Shown: piece by piece, positions 1-8,626 of the stretch | Position numbering within the stretch: position 1 is the first letter of the stretch | How the letters are laid out: each line of letters opens with the position of its first letter | Assembly (NCBI GenBank): GCA_027263115.1 | Contig: GCA_027263115.1_3656.1 | DNA: 64,000 nucleotides | Source: a phage | Direction: 5' to 3' (one strand) | Notes under the pieces: model-generated | What the model was told of the DNA's origin: nothing | Seen by the model: the letters and a program-made list of their open reading frames with translations, nothing else | Database searches by the model: none | Made by a program: the position numbers and the translations under genes

Positions 1-263
1 ACACCGATGCGGAAAACAATATCTGCTGGGAGTTCGAAACTGAAGATATCCATAAACTTTTCACCTTCCTAGGTATTAAGGTTGAGGCCAAGTTTGAAGA
101 AGGCGAGTGCGACGATTGTGGATTCTACGAGGTAACAGATTTCTATCTCCCAAGTGGTGAGAACCTTTACTATGAAAGCCACTTCGGCAACTCAAATATG
201 CCACAAGGTTGGGATGAGTTTTTTGAAATTGCGGAAGAGGAGCTGACATACCGTGATTATTGA
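1..263 (+). CDS. hypothetical protein, C-terminal fragment (gene begins upstream of window)
   Basis: Open frame from window edge to TGA at 261-263, no internal stop. Confidence 0.45.
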   Translation, partial: TDAENNICWEFETEDIHKLFTFLGIKVEAKFEEGECDDCGFYEVTDFYLPSGENLYYESHFGNSNMPQGWDEFFEIAEEELTYRDY

Positions 264-711
264 TACTGTAGCGGGAGATTTAATCTCCCTTTTTAAGAGC
301 GGTGCTGGTCACCTGATCCACGGTTGTAACTGCTTTCATACAATGGGTGCAGGCATAGCGAAAGATATTGCCCGTGAGTTCCCTCAAGCACTGGCAGCCG
401 ACAAAGAGACTGCCTATGGTAATCTGGACAAGCTGGGTATGTTTTCTTGTTGGGAGCATTTTGCCAAGAACAGGGTCGTATATGGAATCAACCTGTATAC
501 CCAGTTCTACCCAGGGCCCAATGCTGAATACTTCTCAATAATGAAAGGTTTTGAGCGAGTCAACGAGGTATTCAAAGGTGTGTCATTGCCGTTCTACATT
601 CCTAAAATTGGATGCGGTATTGGCGGTCTAAAGTGGGAACATGTAGAAGATGTAATTAATCTTGCAACCACAGATATTGATGTGGTTGTAGTAGAGTACA
701 AAAAGTGTTGA
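253..711 (+). CDS. macro-domain-like protein (ADP-ribose binding/processing fold)
   Basis: 152 aa, GTG start after GAGGAG; Gly-rich segments HGCNCFHTMGAGIAKDIAREFP and PKIGCGIGG resemble macrodomain loops. Confidence 0.6.
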   Translation: MIIDTVAGDLISLFKSGAGHLIHGCNCFHTMGAGIAKDIAREFPQALAADKETAYGNLDKLGMFSCWEHFAKNRVVYGINLYTQFYPGPNAEYFSIMKGFERVNEVFKGVSLPFYIPKIGCGIGGLKWEHVEDVINLATTDIDVVVVEYKKC

Positions 712-736
712 CGACCATCTTCTGAGGTGATATAGT
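708..736 (+). promoter_or_regulatory. sigma70-type promoter TTGACG-N17-TATAGT
   Basis: Near-consensus -35/-10 with 17-nt spacer, upstream of small ORF 766..936. Confidence 0.5.
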
Positions 737-765
737 TTCCACAACAACTAAGAGAGGAGAGCACT

Positions 766-936
766 GTGGAGACTAAAATCTTAATTCTTGCTGTGGTAGA
801 TACAACCGAAGGAGCTATATTCGAATCTGCAGGGGGGTATTTCTACCTACCATACGGAAAAAGAACTTCCGAGCCAAGTAAAGATTCAATCCTCAAGGTG
901 TTCCCGTGTGCTTTCTGGCTGGAGATTTTGGTATAA
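766..936 (+). CDS. small hypothetical protein (56 aa)
   Basis: GTG start 5 nt after AGAGGAGAG; below 60-aa track cutoff; promoter immediately upstream. Confidence 0.4.
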   Translation: METKILILAVVDTTEGAIFESAGGYFYLPYGKRTSEPSKDSILKVFPCAFWLEILV

Positions 937-962
937 GATTGCAGAGGATTTGGGAGAGAATT

Positions 963-1157
963 ATGAGAAACAAGAAAGAGCTTTACTCTGGTGAGTGGAT
1001 CAACGATCAACAGGTGGGAGAGGTAACCTGCTTCAGATGTTTTACCAGGTACAATCTTAAAACTGCACCAAAAAGTGTTCCAAAGACTGATGGTTATTAC
1101 ATAAAAGAACCTCATTGCCCAAAATGTAAATGCCGATTGTACTGGAGCAATCTGTAA
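963..1157 (+). CDS. small zinc-ribbon protein
   Basis: ATG after GGGAGAG; two CxxC pairs (CFRC, CPKC); start trimmed from track ORF 906..1157. Confidence 0.5.
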   Translation: MRNKKELYSGEWINDQQVGEVTCFRCFTRYNLKTAPKSVPKTDGYYIKEPHCPKCKCRLYWSNL

Positions 1158-1161
1158 GAGG

Positions 1162-1189
1162 TTGACATCTGAAAACTGCAGTGTATAAT
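1162..1189 (+). promoter_or_regulatory. sigma70-type promoter TTGACA-N16-TATAAT
   Basis: Consensus hexamers upstream of ORF 1221. Confidence 0.55.
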
Positions 1190-1220
1190 ATACGCATAAA
1201 CTAACAGAGAGCGATGTATT

Positions 1221-1412
1221 ATGGTAATTTTTAACCGGGATGGTATCATAGTTAGACAGCACCCGTTCCTTGAATACTATCAAATTGAGCAATGGTGCTA
1301 CGGGGATTGCAATCACTCCTATGGGCAAAGTTGGGGATATCGTACAGTTTTTGAATCAACAGATCTTGACAAAGTAAGACAGAGAGTTTTAGAACTTATT
1401 AACAACAAGTGA
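1221..1412 (+). CDS. hypothetical protein
   Basis: 63 aa ORF downstream of consensus promoter. Confidence 0.5.
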   Translation: MVIFNRDGIIVRQHPFLEYYQIEQWCYGDCNHSYGQSWGYRTVFESTDLDKVRQRVLELINNK

Positions 1413-1419
1413 GTATGAT

Positions 1420-1755
1420 ATGGTAACATTAGAAAGACGTAAAGCTATCGCCGCCACACTGGCAGACATCTTTTGGGAGTGCAATTTAAAAGATACCCGA
1501 TATTGTGGCGCATCTGTAGATGCATTATTCCCACGGCCCACTATTGTTGCAATGGGAAACCTGTCAAACGTGGTGTATGGAGCATGGGACAAAGAAGGTG
1601 GATTTTATATCTGGCAACCTGACTACGGGACCTGGAAAGAGGTAAGGGGTGCGGATGACTTTGGGCCTGCAGTTGCCAAAACGATGGATGGCTGGCAAAT
1701 TTATGTTGGAAATGACATGAAGCTGAAAGGCGAGATTGTTTACTGGTTACCTTAA
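1420..1755 (+). CDS. hypothetical protein
   Basis: 111 aa ORF, 8 nt after previous stop (operon-like). Confidence 0.55.
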   Translation: MVTLERRKAIAATLADIFWECNLKDTRYCGASVDALFPRPTIVAMGNLSNVVYGAWDKEGGFYIWQPDYGTWKEVRGADDFGPAVAKTMDGWQIYVGNDMKLKGEIVYWLP

Positions 1756-1775
1756 GAAAGTGCAGGAGATAAAGT

Positions 1776-2021
1776 ATGAACAAAGGGTGGACATTTGTAG
1801 ACGGCGTTGAAAACATGCCTCTAGGAAAGTATATTGTAGCCATGGCAGATGAGAATGGCAAGGTTGATTTCGGAGCTTGCGAGATTGTTCTTGCAGGATC
1901 TGGTGACCATGTGCACAAAACTGGGATAATTAACGGTCATTTCTACTTTGATTACAACCCTGTTGTGGCGTATATGGCTATGCCAGAGTTAGAGCTCCCA
2001 AAGGAGGGTGCAGATGTTTAA
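1776..2021 (+). CDS. hypothetical protein
   Basis: 81 aa, SD GGAG upstream. Confidence 0.55.
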   Translation: MNKGWTFVDGVENMPLGKYIVAMADENGKVDFGACEIVLAGSGDHVHKTGIINGHFYFDYNPVVAYMAMPELELPKEGADV

Positions 2022-2211
2022 GCTTAAATCTGCATGGAACATCGCTGTGGGGGACGAGATCCGCATCCCAGGTGGAAAGACCATTATGAAGATATCACGT
2101 ATCGAGTATGAAGGTGATCGTGTATTTCATATCTTTGCAGAAGATGGTCGAGAAATTTATATACAGGCAGGCTCTCACATCTATATCCATAAGAAAGGGG
2201 ACGACAAATGA
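2008..2211 (+). CDS. hypothetical protein
   Basis: 67 aa, SD AAGGAGGG, overlaps previous stop. Confidence 0.5.
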   Translation: MQMFKLKSAWNIAVGDEIRIPGGKTIMKISRIEYEGDRVFHIFAEDGREIYIQAGSHIYIHKKGDDK

Positions 2212-2540
2212 CAGAGATCATCGTTTCAACTGCAGGGTATGTATTCCTGACAATCATTGCGTTGGCTATTCTGGTGGCGGTGTATGGATTTGTTATCCTG
2301 CCTATTCTTGAGACATTTAGCTTGTGTCGGTGTTGGAGAAAAGCTTACGGACCACAACCGTGGAAAGACTGGTTTCATTTGGTGCGTATAGCGTTCTCTT
2401 ATGCCTATGATCACTCCAGCAGTGCATGCGTAACCGGGTACCATGCCTACAACTGGAACTGGGAAGGGCTGGGGAGATGGACTGTTACAAAAACTATACC
2501 CTTACGGTTGTATAAAGGAAAGAACACACTGGGAGCCTGA
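2208..2540 (+). CDS. hypothetical membrane protein
   Basis: 110 aa, ATGA start/stop coupling, N-terminal hydrophobic helix. Confidence 0.55.
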   Translation: MTEIIVSTAGYVFLTIIALAILVAVYGFVILPILETFSLCRCWRKAYGPQPWKDWFHLVRIAFSYAYDHSSSACVTGYHAYNWNWEGLGRWTVTKTIPLRLYKGKNTLGA

Positions 2541-2850
2541 TATTTTAAGTTATCAGGTTGCCAGAGATCAGGAGGATTTCTAAAATGGATTTCCTCCTTT
2601 TGATATTTTACCTACCAGGATATTTTAAAATCCTTAGAAAATCAGAAAATGGATCGAAAACTAAAATGGATTTTTCAGAGCAGGCACGACGAGATGAACC
2701 ACTCATCCTATCGTCTGCACCATATTCCAGACCACCATTACAGATTTCCCGCACATGCTCACACCCTTCTACTAGAACTTCCCCCACTTACCCTTGACCT
2801 TTTATAGTAATAATCCAACCACTACCTTGAAGTTGTGGCGCAGCTTTCCA

Positions 2851-2938
2851 AGTACTCGATCTGTTTTTCGTTTCAAAGATTGAATTTTCTGAAAATTTTT
2901 CTCGATAAATTTCTCAGTACTCGATCTGTTTTTCGTTT
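2851..2938. repeat. direct repeat pair (22 bp AGTACTCGATCTGTTTTTCGTTT x2) in ORF-poor T-rich segment
   Basis: Identical copies at about 2851-2873 and 2916-2938, surrounded by related tttcgtttt / aaatggattt motifs. Confidence 0.6.
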
Positions 2939-3554
2939 TCTGAATCTGATTTTCTGGAAATCGTTCCGGCTCTCGACCTGAAATTTTTGGGGACGAAATC
3001 GATTTTTCGTTTTCAGAAATGGATTTTTAAAATTTCTATATGGGAATATTTTAGTGGATACTATTTTATAGGAAATTGTTACGGAGGGTAATTAGCGTGC
3101 TAATTAAATTTATTAAATGCGAGGAGTTCTCATTTAGAATTTTGAATGATAATCATTCTCGTTTGCAGAATAACGGGCAGGCCCGGTGATTGTCTCCCGG
3201 CCCCTACTGCCCCGGCTTGTTATTATAGTAACACACAGGACAAAGAAAGCAAGAAGTTTTTGCATAAATTTTTAGACGATAATGATAATCGTTCTCATTT
3301 CATGCAGCGCCCATCCCCGGTGGTTGTCTCCCCCGTCACCGGTGCCTGCCGTCCTTTCGATAGGTATATTTTGCCACCTGGCGGGGCCGCTGTCAACACT
3401 TTTCAAAAAAATTTCTAACCTGATGCGCTGACCGCTGCAACCTGGCGGGGCCAGCCTGGCAGGGCCTAACTGACCAGGTAGGAGAGAATGAAGGCTTGCA
3501 AACCTGGTGGGCCTATGCTATAGGATAGGTAACAATTGAAGAGGAGGTACAAAA

Positions 3555-3731
3555 ATGGAAGGTAATATGATCCCCCTGGAAAATGTAGCTATTAATGACG
3601 CTGAGGCTATCGCCCTGGTTGAAAAGGCTATGGCGGGAGCGTTGGAACATAAAGAAGAGTACGAAAAAATGATGGTTAACCTGGCAGGGGCGGCGGCTGG
3701 AGAATTCTACCCAAAAAATAATTTTAACTAA
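3555..3731 (+). CDS. small hypothetical protein (58 aa)
   Basis: ATG after GAGGAGG; below track cutoff; position confirmed relative to downstream ORF 3817. Confidence 0.5.
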   Translation: MEGNMIPLENVAINDAEAIALVEKAMAGALEHKEEYEKMMVNLAGAAAGEFYPKNNFN

Positions 3732-3734
3732 TGG

Positions 3735-3763
3735 TTGACAGCTCGGACAGTTCTTGTTATTCT
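3735..3763 (+). promoter_or_regulatory. sigma70-type promoter TTGACA-N17-TATTCT
   Basis: -35 consensus, moderate -10, upstream of ORF 3817. Confidence 0.45.
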
Positions 3764-3816
3764 TATCCTCGCAAGGTGAACAACACCACACTAATTAACA
3801 GAGAGGATAAAAAATC

Positions 3817-4014
3817 ATGAACGCCTACGGAATTAAAGTACGTCGCAACACTCGCCAGGTGGTCACCAATCAAGTGATTTGCCGGGTGGATGTAACCATC
3901 AACAACGGGCAAGGCCTTTATAAATTTCGTCGCGGTCATAGCTATACCCTGCAACAGCTTAACCGTTGCGCCCTGACAAAAGGTCAGATCAACCACTGGT
4001 TTAATAAAAAATAA
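3817..4014 (+). CDS. hypothetical protein
   Basis: 65 aa, SD AGAGGA upstream. Confidence 0.55.
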   Translation: MNAYGIKVRRNTRQVVTNQVICRVDVTINNGQGLYKFRRGHSYTLQQLNRCALTKGQINHWFNKK

Positions 4015-4026
4015 TGTTGACATATG

Positions 4027-4055
4027 GTCTGACACAAAATACACTGAAATCGCAA
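4027..4055 (+). promoter_or_regulatory. sigma70-type promoter TTGACA-N17-TACACT
   Basis: Hexamers upstream of ORF 4078. Confidence 0.45.
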
Positions 4056-4077
4056 AAGACACTAAGAGGATAAAATC

Positions 4078-4476
4078 ATGAAAACCACTACCTTTAATTT
4101 TGATAATGCGGACTTTTCTTTTTCTGATGTCAAGAACTGCCGCCGTGATCGTGGATTTTACAAGGCTTATAATCTGGTGGGCCTGGACGATGACAATAAT
4201 TTGCACGAAGTAGCTGAGATCCGGTATTATGCCGCCGCCAGTGGTAACACTCACTACTGCGTGTTTTGGATTCACGACAACAAGAACAATAAGTACGGTT
4301 ATACTGGCGGCAAGGCGAGCGGTCACGGTTACGATAAAGCTAACGCAGCACTTGAGAGTGCATTAAATGCTATGGGGATCACTGCCGACGGCTGGATCTA
4401 CGAAGAAGAGTTTTTGTCGGCACTTGCTGACCACCTGGGCTATAAAAAGCACATTGTGACATGCGCCCACGAATAA
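4078..4476 (+). CDS. hypothetical protein
   Basis: 132 aa, SD AAGAGGA upstream. Confidence 0.6.
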   Translation: MKTTTFNFDNADFSFSDVKNCRRDRGFYKAYNLVGLDDDNNLHEVAEIRYYAAASGNTHYCVFWIHDNKNNKYGYTGGKASGHGYDKANAALESALNAMGITADGWIYEEEFLSALADHLGYKKHIVTCAHE

Positions 4477-4482
4477 AAATCA

Positions 4483-4510
4483 TTGACACGCTGCAAAATT
4501 TAAGTAAACT
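4483..4510 (+). promoter_or_regulatory. promoter-like TTGACA-N16-TAAACT followed by leader hairpin
   Basis: Consensus -35, weak -10; GC hairpin GGCGGGG...CCCGCC then CA-rich leader. Confidence 0.4.
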
Positions 4511-4558
4511 AGACACAAAAGGCGGGGATGTTTCCCGCCAGCACAAAGGAAAAAGATC

Positions 4559-4954
4559 ATGAATAAGAACGTACGCCGCATCATGAACGAACTGGCAAAC
4601 GATGAAAAAATTATTGACATGCATTTATTCAACATTTGCCGCCGTTGTGTAACATATAACAACCGCGCCGCAAAAGCGCGTGAGATGAATGCGAAAGGCA
4701 CCTTAAAGCCCTTTCAGGTGGTTGTAAAATCTATAACCAGTGCAGCAGGCCAGGCGCATGACCACAACAACGAGAGCGCTAATATTGATCCGTCTTACGT
4801 AATGAAACGGATCCGGACTTGCAAGAATAAAGAGCAGGTGTATAACGTCATAGATTGGCTGGACTCCCTGGGTGATGTGGTTTACAATAGGTTTTCTGCA
4901 GCTATCGAGATCCAGCTTGACAGATTGGACGGGAAAGTACTGAAAACTTACTGA
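4559..4954 (+). CDS. hypothetical protein
   Basis: 131 aa, SD AAAGGAAAAAG. Confidence 0.6.
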   Translation: MNKNVRRIMNELANDEKIIDMHLFNICRRCVTYNNRAAKAREMNAKGTLKPFQVVVKSITSAAGQAHDHNNESANIDPSYVMKRIRTCKNKEQVYNVIDWLDSLGDVVYNRFSAAIEIQLDRLDGKVLKTY

Positions 4955-4955
4955 G

Positions 4956-5001
4956 TTTATTTTTAGATGGCCTTGACTCCAGGGCCATCAATAAAGTAAA
5001 C
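4956..5001. repeat. 46-bp intergenic repeat element, copy 1 (TTTATTTTTAGATGGCCTTGACTCCAGGGCCATCAATAAAGTAAAC)
   Basis: Near-identical copies at 5575-5620 and 9310-9355; contains ATGGCC/GGCCAT inverted repeat and TTGACT box. Confidence 0.7.
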
Positions 5002-5033
5002 TAACCACAGTTGAGCGGAAAGGGGGCTTAAAG

Positions 5034-5153
5034 ATGAGTACTACACGCCAGCACACAAAGGTAACTATTATCGTTTGCATCATTGGTTACATCCTGGCGC
5101 AAATGTTGATGGGTAGCGCCAACGGTATCGCAAAATTTTTCTTAAACTTTTAA
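5034..5153 (+). CDS. small hydrophobic peptide (39 aa)
   Basis: ATG after AAGGGGG; single TM-like helix; paralog-like to the 11513 peptide (shared S-x-NGI motif). Confidence 0.4.
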   Translation: MSTTRQHTKVTIIVCIIGYILAQMLMGSANGIAKFFLNF

Positions 5154-5181
5154 TTGACAAGCTAACTTAGATCAGTATACT
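5154..5181 (+). promoter_or_regulatory. sigma70-type promoter TTGACA-N16-TATACT
   Basis: Hexamers followed by GGGAA/TTCCC leader hairpin. Confidence 0.5.
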
Positions 5182-5231
5182 AAACACATAAACGGGAAAA
5201 CTTCCCAGAACACACAAAAGGAGAAAACACC

Positions 5232-5573
5232 ATGACTACTATGACCGCCGCAGAAAAAGCTATGCAGATCGCCGCGCTGAAAAAACAGATCGCAGACCTT
5301 GAGAATAAGATCGATAACTTTGAAATCGACGAGGACAAGTACGACGAAAACTATGATGAATGGTTAGACGAGATCTACGGCGAAATTATGATCGGAAACA
5401 TTTCTTTTCTTCCGTCGCGTATCCTCAAGGAGCTAGATCCTATCGCTTACCGCTGCGGATTTAGCGACTACATCGACAGCTTGGATATTGAGGACGATGA
5501 AGAATACCAGGAATTGCATACAGAGCTTGAAGAAGTGAAAGAAGAGCTTGCAGAACTGGAAGAAAACGAGTAA
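5232..5573 (+). CDS. highly acidic coiled-coil protein (DNA-mimic candidate)
   Basis: 113 aa, SD AAGGAG; roughly one third Asp/Glu with heptad-like N-terminus. Confidence 0.6.
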   Translation: MTTMTAAEKAMQIAALKKQIADLENKIDNFEIDEDKYDENYDEWLDEIYGEIMIGNISFLPSRILKELDPIAYRCGFSDYIDSLDIEDDEEYQELHTELEEVKEELAELEENE

Positions 5574-5574
5574 A

Positions 5575-5620
5575 TTTATTTTTAGATGGCCTTGACTCCA
5601 GGGCCATCAATAAAGTAAAC
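5575..5620. repeat. 46-bp intergenic repeat element, copy 2
   Basis: Identical to copy 1 over about 46 bp. Confidence 0.7.
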
Positions 5621-5662
5621 TTTATACTGTTAACACTGAACTAATGCATAGGAGTTAAAACC

Positions 5663-5908
5663 ATGGCAGCACTAATCACCAAATATTATGCCCCTACCAA
5701 CACCAAAAGCGCCCGTATCATGGTAAAAGGCTTCGGACGTAAAAAGGTTTACACCTGGGATTATGCCTTAGACACGGAAGACAACTACACCAACGCGATG
5801 ACCGATTTTATTAATGACCTGAACACGCGGATCTTGACAAATTATCAAATTACCGATATTGCCTATATAGGGGAAGGCGGGATCTGTTTTGTCGGTATCG
5901 TCAAATAA
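5663..5908 (+). CDS. hypothetical protein
   Basis: 81 aa, SD TAGGAG. Confidence 0.55.
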   Translation: MAALITKYYAPTNTKSARIMVKGFGRKKVYTWDYALDTEDNYTNAMTDFINDLNTRILTNYQITDIAYIGEGGICFVGIVK

Positions 5909-5983
5909 GCTGGTTTTTCGGTGGTCCTGGTAGCAGGGCCATCTATAAAGATAGTTTATCAACACAATGAAAGGAGAAAGTAC

Positions 5984-6331
5984 ATGATCAGCGGGGCTAG
6001 TTTTATTATTGGCGCTATTGCTACGGCTTTAATTGTAAACAAGATCCAGGATAAAAAGGAAAGTACCGCCCTTGCAGAATATCCATTTTGGACATTCAAC
6101 GATAATGAAGATTATATTATAAAGTATAAAAATAAAGAAGGTGACCAAGTAACACCGCGACCGATCCCGGCTTACAAAATGCAGGAAACACTGTACCGCC
6201 TGGAAGCGGGGGGCGCAAAAATTGTAGACTTTTGGGGATACGATCACACAGATCAGGAAGTTATAAAGCGCCGTATCCGGGCTATTCAGGCCAATATTGA
6301 AGTTAGCAAGGGGGGAATATATGAAGATTAA
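5984..6331 (+). CDS. hypothetical membrane-anchored protein
   Basis: ATG after AAAGGAGAAAG (start trimmed from track ORF 5921); N-terminal hydrophobic helix. Confidence 0.55.
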   Translation: MISGASFIIGAIATALIVNKIQDKKESTALAEYPFWTFNDNEDYIIKYKNKEGDQVTPRPIPAYKMQETLYRLEAGGAKIVDFWGYDHTDQEVIKRRIRAIQANIEVSKGGIYED

Positions 6332-6518
6332 TTTTGAGAAGATTGTAAAGCGATCTCATGATTCCGAAGATCTGCCGGAACGACGCCAGCGTAACAATAA
6401 ACTGAATAAGCCAAAAAGATTTGGGAAGATCTGGCGAAATCATTATGATCGTAAACTGCCGGGCCTGCTTTTGGAACGTGAACGACAGGCGGAACGATAC
6501 CGCCACAAAGACAAATAG
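6321..6518 (+). CDS. small basic protein
   Basis: ATG after AAGGGGGG, overlaps previous gene by 11 nt; Arg/Lys-rich. Confidence 0.45.
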   Translation: MKINFEKIVKRSHDSEDLPERRQRNNKLNKPKRFGKIWRNHYDRKLPGLLLERERQAERYRHKDK

Positions 6519-6525
6519 CAACCAA

Positions 6526-6553
6526 CGCCCCGCCATTGTGCGGGGCTTTTTAT
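6526..6553 (+). terminator. rho-independent terminator
   Basis: GCCCCG-loop-CGGGGC hairpin followed by TTTTTATTT. Confidence 0.6.
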
Positions 6554-6698
6554 TTCTATCCCGCCGATAGCGCCCCTGGTTGGCCCTACAAGCGCCATAA
6601 AGGCCCCTACCTATGCAATCCCCTTTATTAACCTGAAAACATCGCCCAGGGCCGTTTTATGGTGTTAAAATATTATTGATAGTTATTTTATTTAAAGC

Positions 6699-6727
6699 TT
6701 GACACCTTGGAATAGTCCGGATATACT
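6699..6727 (+). promoter_or_regulatory. sigma70-type promoter TTGACA-N17-TATACT
   Basis: Hexamers upstream of ORF 6763. Confidence 0.5.
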
Positions 6728-6762
6728 AACCACATCAAAGCAAGAAGGAAGGAGTAAACGCC

Positions 6763-7032
6763 ATGCGTAAATTAAAAAATTTTGATAAAGTTGATATTGT
6801 CCTGAATAATTTTTACTACTGCAATAACAAGGCCGTTTGGTGGCGTGATAGTTCCACCGATAAAGTCAAGGCGCGCTTTCTCCAGGGGCACTGGCAAGGC
6901 CGCCCAGTGATTAAAATCATGGGGCAATTGGTAGCGTTTAAAAATTGCCGCCGTGTTGATGACGTTGAAGAGATTTTAAACATTTTGCGCCACAATAATT
7001 TAAAAATAGTGTTGACAAGTAAATCTCAATAA
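6763..7032 (+). CDS. hypothetical protein
   Basis: 89 aa, SD GGAAGGAG. Confidence 0.55.
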   Translation: MRKLKNFDKVDIVLNNFYYCNNKAVWWRDSSTDKVKARFLQGHWQGRPVIKIMGQLVAFKNCRRVDDVEEILNILRHNNLKIVLTSKSQ

Positions 7033-7039
7033 GTATAAT
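7012..7039 (+). promoter_or_regulatory. sigma70-type promoter TTGACA-N16-TATAAT
   Basis: Consensus hexamers, then leader hairpin GGCGG...CCGCC. Confidence 0.55.
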
Positions 7040-7096
7040 TAAAAACACAGGCGGGAAAACTTACCGCCACTAACAAAGAAAACAGGAGAAAATATC

Positions 7097-7720
7097 ATGA
7101 CCACCGTTAACATTACCACAGGTTGCAATTTATCTTTCGACGTGCTGACCGACGAACAAAAAGAAAAAGCTATTGAAATGGTCCGCGAAAGAGAAGAACA
7201 CAGCGGAGAGGATTTTTTCGCAGAAAGTGTAATTGAATATTATAAAGAACAAGTTTTTCCAGAGTACGGCCTTGAAGATACCGATGTACATTGGTCCGGC
7301 TTTTGGTGCCAGGGTGACGGCGCGTCAATCAGTGCTGAAAACGTGGATTTAGAAAAATTCTTGCGTAAAGTAAAGGCCCTGACCAAGTTCCGATCAATTC
7401 GTCACTTGTTTGGCACAATGCACGATGGCGAGTTATCAGCCAGTATTGAACGCGACAAGTACAGCCATTACAGCCATGAAAACACTGTAAGCGGATACAT
7501 TGATACCACCTGGCTAGATCTGACCGCCAAACAAGAAAACAAAGTGGAAGACCTGGAAGAGCTGATCACCGAGACGGTACGGGAGCTATCCCGCAAGGTT
7601 TACGTAGACCTGGAGGAGGCCTATCTAGAACAGTTCACTACCGAAAACCTGATCGGCCTTATTGAGGCCAATGATTGGCGGTTTGATGTGGATGAATATG
7701 GAGAGATGAGTTTTTCATAA
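7097..7720 (+). CDS. acidic hypothetical protein (207 aa)
   Basis: Largest early ORF; SD CAGGAG; Asp/Glu-rich. Confidence 0.65.
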   Translation: MTTVNITTGCNLSFDVLTDEQKEKAIEMVREREEHSGEDFFAESVIEYYKEQVFPEYGLEDTDVHWSGFWCQGDGASISAENVDLEKFLRKVKALTKFRSIRHLFGTMHDGELSASIERDKYSHYSHENTVSGYIDTTWLDLTAKQENKVEDLEELITETVRELSRKVYVDLEEAYLEQFTTENLIGLIEANDWRFDVDEYGEMSFS

Positions 7721-7728
7721 ATAAAGTG

Positions 7729-7756
7729 TTGCAATAATCTAAAAACCTGCTATATT
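7729..7756 (+). promoter_or_regulatory. promoter TTGCAA-N16-TATATT with leader hairpin
   Basis: Followed by GGGGCAA-loop-TTGCCCC hairpin and CA-rich leader. Confidence 0.45.
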
Positions 7757-7809
7757 AAAACTCAAGGGGGCAAGACGTTTGCCCCACACAAAACAAAGAG
7801 GAAAACATT

Positions 7810-8190
7810 ATGAAAAACACTACTAAAGCTATTGACACCGTTATGTTTAACCTGGTTACCTTTCGCGAGGATATGAAAGATCTTCCACGTGAAACAGTGT
7901 GCGATCACATTGAAAACTATCGCAAACTAATCAAAGAGTTGCCTTTAAAACGTGACCAGTATGCGGCTAACGCTATGCTCAACGCCATGATCAAAAAGAT
8001 GATTCAGTGTGATTTAACCCTGGCCTATGATTATGCAGGTGGTCGTTTTGCAGTATACAATCAGCCCGTGCCTGGTATGGGCACCACCGAAGAATTGCAC
8101 GCGCTCAATCTAAAACAAGACGTGTGGGATAGTATGCCCCGCGTGGTGGTGTGGGCAGAAAGCGGAAAGATTTACGGCGATAATTTTTAA
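7810..8190 (+). CDS. hypothetical protein
   Basis: 126 aa, SD AAGAGGAAAA. Confidence 0.6.
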   Translation: MKNTTKAIDTVMFNLVTFREDMKDLPRETVCDHIENYRKLIKELPLKRDQYAANAMLNAMIKKMIQCDLTLAYDYAGGRFAVYNQPVPGMGTTEELHALNLKQDVWDSMPRVVVWAESGKIYGDNF

Positions 8191-8200
8191 TCAGGTAACA

Positions 8201-8226
8201 GGCGGCATATTTGCCGCCTTATTGTT
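8201..8226 (+). terminator. rho-independent terminator
   Basis: GGCGGCA-loop-GCCGCC hairpin followed by TTATTGTT. Confidence 0.55.
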
Positions 8227-8254
8227 AAACAGAACTGCAAAAGAGGTACATAGA

Positions 8255-8626
8255 ATGGAATTTATTATTTTGGCCGTATTAGTTGCCTTGTTTAACGCCT
8301 GGATCGCTGGCAAGATGGGTAGATCCGCCTTTTTATGGTTTATTATATCTATTTTCCTGGGGGTGGTTTCAACTATTGTACTTGTTATCCTTGCAATTGT
8401 TGACAAAGGTGATAATAGAAAGGGTAAAGTATTTTCCGACCTGTATGACGCGCAAACATTTGTCAACGCCTATTATAGTGATCTTCCAGTCTCCCTACGC
8501 TGCAGCCTTGCACAACAGGTTTTCGATGAAGCTAAAACCAGAGATCACGCCCATGAGATTTGTTTAACTGAGGCGGATCGCCTATTTGAGAGGAATAGAA
8601 AATATGTGGGCCAGCCGTTTAAATAA
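8255..8626 (+). CDS. hypothetical membrane protein (two predicted TM helices)
   Basis: ATG after AAAGAGGTA (start trimmed from track ORF 8222). Confidence 0.55.
   Translation: MEFIILAVLVALFNAWIAGKMGRSAFLWFIISIFLGVVSTIVLVILAIVDKGDNRKGKVFSDLYDAQTFVNAYYSDLPVSLRCSLAQQVFDEAKTRDHAHEICLTEADRLFERNRKYVGQPFK

Noticed and set aside
2558-3418. Track ORFs 2558..2797 and 3146..3418 (+)
   Set aside because: They span repeated non-coding elements, have no ribosome-binding site, and 3146..3418 is built from two copies of the same GC-rich repeat.
3513-4326. Minus-strand track ORFs 3513..3791 and 3763..4326
   Set aside because: They run antisense to plus-strand genes that have promoters and strong Shine-Dalgarno sites (3555, 3817, 4078) and lack their own ribosome-binding sites.
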